Source of the DNA: Podarcis cretensis | Taxonomy: Eukaryota | Length of the DNA: 64,000 nt | Reading direction: 5' to 3' | Assembly (NCBI GenBank): GCA_951804945.1 | Contig: OX638156.1 | Span: 40,176,001 to 40,240,000 of the forward strand | Shown: positions 46,788 through 58,700 of the stretch, one piece after another | How the letters are laid out: the number at the start of each line of letters is the position of its first letter | Position numbering within the stretch: position 1 is the first letter of the stretch | The notes under the pieces: model-generated | Told to the model about the DNA's origin: nothing | Database searches by the model: none | What the model saw: the letters and a program-made list of their open reading frames with translations, nothing else | Position numbers and translations under genes: made by a program

Positions 46788-49700
46788 CTACAACAAGGAG
46801 AATAAACTTTATTTCAAGACACAACTTCCTCTCCTCTGCAAGTACCAGAGTTCCTAGGACTGAGTCCCCCAAATACACTGAACAACTAACTGTTTAAAAT
46901 TACTCACTTTTCAATTTCTGGAGCACAATGGACAAACTCGTGATTCCAGAACTTAAATGCTGGGTTTTTAATCAGCTCGATGAAGGTAATAAGGAGACCC
47001 CATGGGTGAGGCCTATTTACAATCAGTCGTTCTAGCAGAACTCTGTAAAAGAGAAACAGATTAAGGCATGGGGGAAGTCACACCGCGTGCCAGTATGAAA
47101 GACATGATGCAGAAATATCAAGGTCCTGCTGAGAATAGGTACCCTCATGGGATTGCGTCTGGCAACATTAATTAGCACTATGCTGCTTTCAGAATGTGGA
47201 AGACTACGCTTCTCAATATAATGTGAGAGTGGGAAACCTGATTCTAGGCTTCACCACTGCAGACTCTAGCTGCAGATTTGTGGGGATGAATGCTCCTCCA
47301 TCCAGAAAAGGATCCTTGCATGGAATCTGCAACCACCTCAGCAGCTGCCTTTCAAACCATGTGAACCCTCTAATCAACACTGGAAGTCCTACTCTACATG
47401 TGGATAAGAGGGGCAAAGCTTAGAGTGTTTGTTACATTGCCAGCAGTGACTTGCTACTGCTGCAACGGGGACAAGCTACTTTCTTCCTGGTTGCTGGGCA
47501 GGACAGCTTCAGATAGTAGTGGACCAACTAAGTGTTAGCTCCTGAAGCTTCTCCCCAGTTCCTCATTGGCTCTTTTGTGAGAACTAGGCAATGTAGGGAT
47601 TTTTTTAGACTCCTCAGATCTCTTACCTGGTGATTTGTTCTTGAATAGCTTCAGTGTTGGCCTCTGCAAATAGGTAAAGCATGGTGCAGCTGAAATAGTG
47701 AGTATGACTGTTCGGGTACCGTAACTGATTGGCAATTGCATTTAGGAAGAGGTACCGACCTGGAACACAAAAAAGGTAAATAGTTAGATTCTCTTAAACA
47801 CAAAGGAAATCAACAGTCCTTGCCTGGCTAATTTGTTAGTTCCAAGAGTTATGTCCGAAAGCCGGGAAGGTTAATTAAATGGGCGCTGCCACCAGTTGAC
47901 ATGAATTTCCCAGGCTCACTTCTCAAAGTTTCCTAGTTCATTCATTTTCATAAACCTGTTGGCTTACACAAGGGGCGTGGGCAACATTTTGCAGCCTGGA
48001 GGCCACATGCCAGGGGTGGGATCAGAAGCAAAAGCAACTGATTTGACATTAAGCTGCATTCCAGCTATGTAAAAGTAACCGGTTTCTACAGATACATACA
48101 ACTAACTTCTGTTCTCCATACAGCAAAGTGAGAGGCATCATCACAGTTCACAGACACATTCCAAGCTGGCAAACTCAACCAAGGAGAGTGTGGGTCATGG
48201 CCTGGGCTGGGGGTGGGGAGTGATGAGGTCTGGAGACCACATTTGGCCCTTGGGCTAGAAGTTCCCCACCACTTAGATGGAACTAAATAAACCCTTTCTA
48301 TATATTAGTTGTGGAATATTTTAAACATAATTTCTAAAATCTAACAATATTTTAGGGTACAATCTGGCCAAATTAAAGCAAAGTATTATCCATGTGGGCT
48401 AAATAGTGAGATGCAGGATTGATTCTGTCATAGAACGCCAATACCTGCAATTATCAGCTAGCCTCTGAAGTCCAGTATCAATTGTAAGGCTAGCACCATT
48501 ATCAATTATACAGTATTTATGTCTGACCTCACCAGGTTGATTTCCCAGGCTCTTTTTCCCCCATAGCCAAAGACCTAGAGATAAACCTCTTGCATCTGAT
48601 TTAGCATTAAGCTAGCTGATTTGAGGGACGCAGGTGGCGCTGTGGGTTAAAGCCTCAGCGCCTAGGGCTTGCCGATCGAAAGGTCGGCGGTTCGAATCCC
48701 TGCGGCGGGGTGCGCTCCCGCTGCTCGGTCCCAGCGCCTGCCAACCTAGCAGTTCGAAAGCACCTCCGGGTGCAAGTAGATAAATAGGAACCGCTTACCA
48801 GCGGGAAGGTAAACGGCGTTTCCGTGTGCGGCTGTGGCTCTGGCTCTGGCCAGAGCAGCGATGTCACGCTGGCCACGTGACCTGGAAGTGTCTCCGGACA
48901 GCGCTGGCCCCTGGCCTCTTAAGTGAGATGGGCGCACAACCCCAGAGTCTGTCAAGACTGGCCCGTACGGGCAGGGGTACCTTTACCTTTACCTTTTAGC
49001 TGATTTGAAGTACTATCAAGCTTCCTTTTTTACCTTCTGTGTCCAGGTCAACAGCAAGATTCTGGAAGATATCCATGTGAGCCGAGTGGGTGATGGTGCT
49101 CATGGAAGGAGTGCTGCCTTTGTTGTGAATATGTGCAATAGCTTGAGTACCTACATACAGCACCAGGGCATTTATCAGCTGGATATTGTAGCGATTGCCA
49201 GGCTCATTTGATACCTAGTGGGGTGAACATAAAAGAGGCAAAATCACTGCCTTGGACCTCCGAGACAAAGAGCCCTGAAGAAAATATATTATGTGATTAT
49301 GAATGTTTAAACTGCAGAGTATAACTCACTAAAAGGTCTGCCAAAGCCATTAGCTTTAACAGCAGGCAGGTTTCTCTTATCTCCTCTATCACTAATGCTG
49401 CACAATCCATCCCCAACTAGGTACTAGTTTTTAAAAGATACATGCATTACAATATAGTAAAAAATTGCTAAACACAGACCCACAGCTCCATCAGGATGCA
49501 TTATCTGGGCCAGGTAAAACTGATCTTTTCCTAATTTATGTCTCTTTAAGCGGGGTTGATGTATGACACATTCTGCAGTGGGATCAGGGCTGAACTGGGA
49601 TCTTTCCTCTCTGATGACTAAACTATGCATCTGGCAAGCACCATATCTATGATTTTTACTGTGGGTCCACCACTGTAAGCCTCAATCTGATAGTTATTTT

Positions 49701-52700
49701 TAAGGGACTCCATGTAAAACTCTGCAAATTCAAGAAGATCCGTTTTAAGCCTATTGGATCTCATTTTTACCCAAATATCCCCCCACAAAAAAGTAAAGAA
49801 AATCTCTGTTTGGGGAGGAGTAAAAGAATGACACACTCAAAATTCCAGAACTGCCCACAGCCCCAAATAAGGTTGATGAGCCCTGCTTTAAACAGAGGAC
49901 CTAAAAGCCTGTTTTGGAGCAAAAGACACAGCAGACACAGGACTGCATGCTAACCTCCACTCCCAGACCTCTTCCTCAATCTGATTTTTGAGTAAGCCCC
50001 TCACCTGCAAGTTGCTACGCAAGTCGGACAGGAACGTGACTGGAGAACGGGTTTTGAGGTAGGAATCCAAATCCTTCTTGAACTGAGGTGGCATCACTCC
50101 AGTGAAATTGGTGAGTATCCGTGGAGCAATATTAATCTCACTCAACATGTCCACCTGTTGAGCACACAGAAGCATCCTAACGTTATTTTCTACCCCATTC
50201 AGCTGTTACCCATCTGAAGTCCACAGGGAAGGCTGAGTATCACTCTTGTATCACCACCACCATGATCTTAAATGTGACAGCTGCTTTATCTTGCCCAATG
50301 CAAACCAAAGTGACTTCCAACCAACCAACCAACCAACCAACCAAAAAAACCACCCCACATCAATATATTAAATATATTAAAACCAGTGGGGAGGACAGAC
50401 ATTGAAAACATCCTGCCCAATTCTAAAAGGCCACAGATAGTTAAGGGCCAAAAGGCTGGTTACAGAGGAAAGGTTTTGCTTGGTGTTTAAATATATGTTA
50501 TGATGGTGCCAGGCGAGCTTCCCTGTGGAGAGCATCCCACAAGCAGAAAGGCACCACAGAAAAGGCCCCTTCTCCTGTTAACACCCTCTGGATCTCTCAT
50601 GGTGGTGGCACTCAAAGGAGGGCCTCAGGTATAGATGTAGCATAAGCAAACTGATATGCTGGAACAGATGCCAGAGTTCAAGTGCATCTTTACTACTAAG
50701 CAACGACTGCCGTGTATGTTCCAGGATAGAATGCTCTTTTCAAGACCAGGAGTTCACAATGACATTCCCCACCTGGGGCGGTTCAGTGTTATAAACAGCT
50801 TCCCTAAGGCTGGGGGTAGCTAATGGGGTGCCCTTCAGATGTTGATGGACTACAACTCCTGTCATCTTTAAGCACTAGCCTTCTAGCTGGGGCCAACAGG
50901 AGTTGGAGTCCAACATCAGGAGGGCATTATATTGGCTACCCTGTTTCATCAAAGCAGGTCAAGCTGACCCACTAGGGTCTTACTGACATAGTTGTTTATG
51001 CAAAAGCATCAACACCATTGCACAATCTCAGGTGCTTCAACAGATGAGGTCTCATACAAATCAGGCCTTGTACATTACCTTAAGGTTGGGAGTGAAGGGA
51101 TCTGGAAGCCTCATATTACGTGGGAAGGCACTCAATATCAGATTCCTTAGCTGAATACAGTTTGGAGGAATCACATCGCAGAAACCATAGTGGTAGTCAC
51201 AGAGGAATTCTGGGAAGTCATGCAACAGGACCAACAACACACGCAGAGTACCCTACAAAAAAACGGGGGGAAAGAGAACTAAGTATCTATGCTAAATCTA
51301 TGCAAAACATCTCAGCCAACACTATTATCAGAGCTTTCCAAATGTTTCATGTTGGTGACACACTTTTTAGACATGCATCATTTCATGACACAGTAATTCA
51401 GTTTTACCAGCAAATCAGAGGTTAAACTTACCCCTTATAAAAGCGTTCACGCGACACACCAACACAATGCAGCCAACACACTAATGTGTCGCAACACACA
51501 AGTTTGGAAAGCTCTGCTCTATATGGCACATAGCTAAGAGTACAAGGGTAACCATGAGCTCAAAAACCATGGCTTAGATCTCAAGTCAGTAAATGGATAG
51601 TTTAAAGACATTCACTCTCCTAGAATCAGCCAGTCTGCTATCGGGACAATACCTGGTTCTTACAAGTTTTCATAAGAGTTACTAAGAATGTATGACCCTT
51701 AGGAAGAGTTCTATATAGGTGGGATATCACCACCACCACCACCACGTAGTATTACTACTATATAAAGATAAGATGCAAAATAATGATGCAACAAATGTCT
51801 ATGTATCTGGCGTCCTCATAGTAAAGTGAGGTACCTCCATACACCAAATCAGTCCAATGATCCATCTCACCTTAACTATCAACAAGTTCTTCCAAGTTTG
51901 AGGCAGAGGTCAATTTCCTCATCCACAATCCCATGGAAAAGGTCTGTATGATTTACCGTGAAGCTACAATTGTGCTGGGAAAATAATCCAGACCATCACT
52001 GAATTGTAACAAATTCTCTTCTGCTCTATTCTAAATTCTACTTACCTTGTACAGAATTTGCATAGGTTTGGCAAGTTCCACATTCCTCAGGAAAGGAGCC
52101 AAATATTTAAACAGATCTATCAACAGCTGAGCATACATAGGCCACCCCTGGAAAGAGAATTTACATGATAAGAGTTATATGATATTTGCTAATATATTTA
52201 CTATAATGTCTGAACTGGATCCTACTTAACATTGTTGGTAGAACTAACAACTTGCATATTACAAAGCAGTATAATACATTATTCTTTAATCTGTCAGGGC
52301 TACCTGAAATATGAAATCCATAGTGAAACCAGCCAATTATGTATAATAAGGGGCACTGTAGGGGTTGAATTCTGGACTTAAGGGAAATGGAAGAATGAGT
52401 GAGATTTACTGGAAAGACTTGGTCACATCTGCCCCAATGCAGTGCAGCTGTGGACTCTCAGAAGTTTGATACAACCTACAAGGCTGCAAATGGTTCCTTG
52501 CAAGTTATTTCAAACTTCTGTTTAACATCTATGGCTGCTGGAGTAAACTGATTTAAATATTCATTTTAAATAGAAAATAATTTTAACCTCTCCTTCTCCT
52601 ACACTGCACAATCCTCCTCCCTTGCCCCTGCCTAGAAACAAAATAGGGAACTTGTCCATTGCAGCTCATGTACCTCTGGACAATTGTCTTTGTCTGCTCA

Positions 52701-55700
52701 CAGACAACTAAAGGGCCAAGCATTTTCAGAAGAAAAGGCTGGTAATTAATAGGCAGAACAGTTTATTTTCAGAAGATTAAAAAGTACTGTCCTTTTTTTA
52801 ACAGAGAGGAAGGGTATTCTTAAATTGAGAACTGAGATAATCCCGCAACTCAGATAAAAAGTACATAAAATATGCACTTTAGTCAAGGTCATACAGGTAG
52901 AACTAGTGGAAGGAAGGCCCTCCTAGCAATAATACTGGATCACATCCTACTGAGACAAGCACTGGATCCCAGTACATGCCATGATATGTCGAGCCTCACT
53001 CACCACCACCACTGCAACCACACTATCAAGCTCATAACAATTGTAGCATATAACCATATTTCTCCTACTTCCTTCTCCCATGCAGCTGGGAGGCTGGCAG
53101 GGTATAGTTTTCACATTTACAAAACTTAAGAGTTATGTGTGAAATAGGAATCTAGGTTTAAAACACTGCTAAGTTTCAAAACAAATCAACTTCAAGCCAC
53201 AGGTTATAAAGTTGGCCTGTTTAATTAACCATGGTTTGCTTTAAAGCACACTCCTGAATCTAGTGTTCCATGCAAAGGCAGCCAGTGTATTTGACTGAAG
53301 GATGATTCAGTTTTTAAGGGTTAAAAGTGAAGGTTTAACATTCTTGTATTCAGACTGAATTTTACCAGGCTGGGTTTTTTAAGGGATGAGGATTAAAATC
53401 CCATTTTTAATCCGTCCTGCTGAGGTCTCTGGACCTCTTCAGGTAATCAACTCTTAGCAGCTACGTTGTGGGAATATGGTAAAGACCTTAAAAGCAGACA
53501 TCATAAATTTAAATGGCATAAAGTCATTCTAGTTAAACAAAACCTGCAAACCAAGATGCATCCTTATTCCCTTTGGAAGCTTCGTAAGTTACAGAAGATA
53601 AACTGCAGCCACACCTTCTGCTGTGGTGTATGTGCCAGCATTCTTGCAATAAATATCCGATGGGAGATCAATTCTAGCCAAGCATAAACAAAACCTGGAG
53701 CTTTTGTAGGTCTCAGGATGTGAAATGTGTTACTGAAATAAAAACATACAACATAAGCTTTGTGTCAGATTTGTTTAAAGCACTGCCAAGAATCTGCATT
53801 GAACTGAGACCATCTTTGAAGTCTAAATCAGGCAGAGGTGGTTAAACATTTTAAGGACCAAGAGCCAGCATTCACTCTTGGCCAACCCTACAGGGCCAAA
53901 TGCCAGCAGCAGTGGGCATTTGTGAACCTCCAGCTGACTCATGCAGATCAGATGAAAAGGGCAGGTTATCAGCTCCTTCCTGCACATCAAATGTTCAAGC
54001 TGATGATCGGGGAGGATGTGATTTGTTCTATGGCACTATACTAGGAGATTTAAATCTCCCTGCCCACCCCCAGGGTTACAAGTTTGCCATTTATTTTAAA
54101 AGTGCATCAAATATTTCTCCAAGGAATGATGGTGGCCCCAAACCATTCAAATGTAGTAAAAGATGCATAATTAAGATCCAAGACAATAATGTATCATATA
54201 GGAATCATAGTTTTAATAAACAGATCCACTAAAGTAAAGGAGCGTTTTAGTTGCCATAAATTCCCATAGGTGTCCAGATGGCAGTCTGTACAACTAGAAT
54301 AGCACCATCTCCTGAGTGGAACACAGGATCCATGTCCCAACTTGACCATGGATTGAATCTGGCTAAAGCTCTAGAATGTTCTAAATCCAGCTCCACAGCT
54401 GCAGATCCCAATGTGGGACTGCACAGAGATTAAGACAGAACAGTATAAAACCCTTCCCTCACACCAAGAGGCTGAGAAGCATCGGTTCCATAGACTAGAG
54501 AACAGTCCACATAGGGAAAGAATCCCACATATGCCCACAAGTTTTCTTAATGTGCAATTATTCCAGTAACCAAAATAGACTCCAAGTATATCAACGTATT
54601 TAAAATTACACAAGATTAGTGTTAACTAGAGTGAACTGGTGTGGACTCATTGCAAATCATAGAACTCTAGAGTTTGAAAAGACCCAAAGTATCCAATTAA
54701 ATGATACCTACCAGAAGGCTGTGAGTGTCTGAAAGTTTATGGTTTCCAGGACATGTTCAGGAGCATTTAATTCTAACAGCAACATGATGAAAATGCGGTG
54801 GTAGGGAAGCTGCTGGAATTCACTTTGACGAACATCATGATCCTGCAAAAGGACTCCCACAACTATCCCAAGAACCTAGAGGTAAAAAAGGCAATGTGCT
54901 CAGAATGCAACTTTTATGTATGCTTATAATTACTGCAATGCCAACTGGAATTCATGCACATACTCAGTATTTTTTGAAGACAATACAACAAACTGGCGAT
55001 CTTGACTGCAACTTTACAATAATGTTTTCTGCCCTTTCACATGTAAGTGAACGAGAGATATGCACATCTCAAACCCTTACTCAGAATTTATGTAATGCTT
55101 TTCCTAAGTGCTCCAAGTACATCCTGCATAGTACACTGAAATTCTTTACAATGTAGCTAAGGATCCCTTTTACAGAGAAGGCAATTGCCTGCCAAACACC
55201 ATCCATAGATGGATCACGATTTTAAAACATGGAACTCCTAGTCTGTGTTCATAAAAAAACATGCTGCACCAGTTCCCATTCATTTAATAAGGAAACCTTT
55301 GCCAACCTGGCCCTGTGGACTACAACTCCCACCAGCCTCAGTCATCACAATTCTAAAATATACTACCCATTCTCACAACCAGCTGAACTCAAGATAGATG
55401 GGTACTGGGGGCAGGGAAGGGTGCTCCCAACCTTGTTGAGCAAGTTGATCTTGGTGACTGTGTTGGTGGCCTCCCCAGAGTGCTTCACCAGCAGTGCAAT
55501 GAGGCGCACAAAGGCATCCAGGTTGTGGTAACACTTGGCACGGATCATGGTGGGATTGGCAGCGGGGTTGTGCTGCTGCTCAGCTTGAGCACGATAGCTG
55601 ATCTCAACACACATTTCAGTGCAAAGACGGAAGAATCGTGTGATCAAATCATCGGTTTTCAGGATTCCTTGCTGATGCATCTGTAATGGGGGAAAAGGTA

Positions 55701-58700
55701 GACTCAGACCTAAAGAACTCCTCTTTTTTCTAAAATCAAGCTAGTAATGTTCTATCTAGACATGATGGAAAGCAAGTGGGCTAGACTGTAACACTGCAGT
55801 TTGGCACAGAAATAGCTGGTGATGCTTCTTAGGGTCAATTCCTACATTACCAACCATAGTAGCATAAGATCATTTCTATGTAATCAGGTCCTACACCACA
55901 CTGGTAACATCTACATCCAGGAACCAGGTGGAAAAGGAAACTATGCTGGCAAGGAAGTAAACACAACACCCATGTTGCCTCTGTATGTAGGCATTACTGA
56001 TGCTGTATGCTATATGCAGAAAGGGACATTTATTACTGTGAATTCCTGTTCTGCTTCTCCTGGAGGGCATTCCCAACCAGTGGGATAGCACCTCCACCTG
56101 GAGCAGCAGACAGGGCCATCATCTTAATCTTCCTAGACTGGACTGGCAGAGCAGAAATAAACTCTAAATGCCTTAAAAGAATCAAACCCTGTACACAATA
56201 ACCCAAGCACACATGCAGCAAAAACATGAGTAGCAGCTTCCCATCTGTGCAGTGAGGCAGAAGCCTCAGAGCAAAGCTTGGCCCACAGGAAACAATGGCA
56301 GGTGGAATACCCTCTGGGTGACACTGAAAACAGGAATTAAGTGCAAGAGATAATCTCCTTGAGAGGTTTCTAGAGTACATTCCGAAACACTGGAATATGA
56401 AGGAGCAATACCATTCTAGAGTAGACTGGAACTATGGAAGCTGTACTTTATGCAGAATACCACACATCAATTCTGCAGTGTTGAGAGGCCCAACTAGTCA
56501 TGCTTCTCCTCCAGGGACACACTGCTAGACTAGGATGCAGAAGTGAATGGTCCCTTCCACATGAGGGTAGGAGAAAAGTGCTCAGCAAAAGTAGTGAAGT
56601 GAAATTCTAGGCAGGGAAGCAACATAATGCAAGAGGGTTAAGACTACCCCTCTTAGAAACATAGGCCCATGAGAATGGATTGCTACTCCTGTCGGTTTCA
56701 TAAGTAAATTGTCGATAGATATTTCAGTCACTTACAAGATCTGATATCACAATTTTTAAAGCAATGGTTATTCAGGATGAAATTCTCATTATGAAAGCAT
56801 TCAAAACGCTTTTCATAAGCAATAATCTCTAGAATGCAGAGCAACTAAAGTGGCAAATATGAACAGAAAATTCTGCTACTGAACAACAGGGCTCCATTCA
56901 TCAGTGATCCATTCACTTTGGCATTTTGCAGGGGTCAGCGTAACACTGAAGGCAGACCTGATTTTCAGTTTATTCCCTACACATCTTTATTGGTTTTACT
57001 TGTGCATTATTTAGGCAAATTATGTTGCATTTCAGAGACACTGCAACTTTTTCGGGTAGATGTCTAGGGATCTGGGGGCGAAGGCATGTGAAATTTTGCT
57101 GTCCTCAATAGTACTGAATAGTTTTCATAGCCACTGTTTTCAAAGTGCTCCATACACCAATAAGGCAAAACTTTAATGGCAAGTACCACTGTTTCTGCAG
57201 TCTTAATAAATACATATCTATCTGGAAGAGGACTTGCAATTTACTTTATTCACATATGCAAGCAGGGAGTGGAGTGGCTACTTAAAATGCAACTAAAATA
57301 AGGCAGCAAAGAAGTTTTGGAACCTCTGAAGGATGACTGTGGTAGCGGAGTAAAAAACTGGCAAACTACTTGCCATATTCCATGCCTACATATGTAAAGA
57401 GATTCTAGCTTTTGCAAACACCTCTCTAACATCTGTAACATAGAGTCACGGGGGGGGGGGGAGGAAACTGAGTTAAGGAAACTGCATTAGTGTACAAGCA
57501 GTGGCCATACCTGGCTGGTGGCAGTCACCCTCCCCTTCAGGGTGGCTGACTAAAGGCCACACCCAGAGGGCACAGGGATTCTCCTTGGAGCATACCCACA
57601 TGACCTCTACATCTGCCTTCAGAAGAGCAGCTGCTTCCTTTGGGCACAAAATAAATGAGTGGAAGAACCTCGGGACTGTCAAGAGCTGCACGAAGTGCCC
57701 ACTGGCGGTGGCGGCTGCTGCTCAGGTACATACTCTGCCCTAACTTTCTTAGGTTTCTCTCCTCGGAGCAATGACACATCCTCCACCCTGAGAAAGCCAA
57801 AGAGCTCTGTGGGGCACTGGGAATCTTTTCCTTGCTGACCACCGCCCCACGGCATGCAGTCCCCCTCAGCCAGGTCTTTCTTCATTTAAAGAACACAACC
57901 TCCTAGTGGATGCAGTGGAGAGCCCCCAGCATCATGATACTGGCCAGCACAAACAAACAACTATTTACTAACACGTTTCAGTACACTGATATGACATGTT
58001 GCATGTACTGCCATCATGCAAAGTGGATTTTTTAAAAAGGGGAGATCGATATTACATAGTACTCTACTTGATCCAAGGGCATCATAACCTACTTATGTTG
58101 AATAAAAAGCACCTTTCTTTCCCCAAGCTCTACCTGTCCAACAAATGCAGAGAATGCTTTGGTGCTGTCACGCCCAGCTGCTGCAGAGTGGTAGAGATTC
58201 ACCCACTCCCTCAGGAGATATTCTGCCTTCTCCCTCAGGCCAGGGGGATCATCATACTCAGAGGCCTGAGAGATCCCAGAATGCATCATGAAATTTGGCC
58301 CTCCATGAGCACGGTCAATCATGGCTTCATAGTTGGACCGTACCACTTCCATCAGCTGGGGCAACCTATGAGAGATCCAGAATGAACATGCTTGGGTTCA
58401 GATTACTTGTGCTATGTGCATAGTTTTAAAAAAATACCCCACAATCAACAGCATTGTATTTCAAACATTTGCATCACATCCTTGTCCCACAGAGATAGCG
58501 TACAAGATGCTATTATATTATTGCAACCAAAACTATGACGTGGTTTAGGAGCAAGAGTTGGGAGCCCAGTTGGCATCTTGGTTCAGCAGACCTTTGAACC
58601 AAAGTCGCCTAGATTTAAGTCCAACATGCTATCCACTAACCCACAATGGCTCCATGATATAAGCTTCAAAGAAACACAATAGGAATCTGAATGAAATGTG

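Noticed and set aside
48625-48700. tRNA gene (A and B boxes present)
   Set aside because: It is the tRNA-derived head of a SINE, continuous with the SINE body, tail and TSD.
51900-52000. 14-nt stretch (minus strand TTGTAGCTTCACGG) resembling my memory of SNORA50/76, inside a GGTCTG...CAGACC hairpin
   Set aside because: No H box after the hairpin, no second hairpin or ACA tail, and the flanks do not match. The mammalian CNOT1 snoRNAs probably lie in introns upstream of this window. An Rfam scan would settle it.
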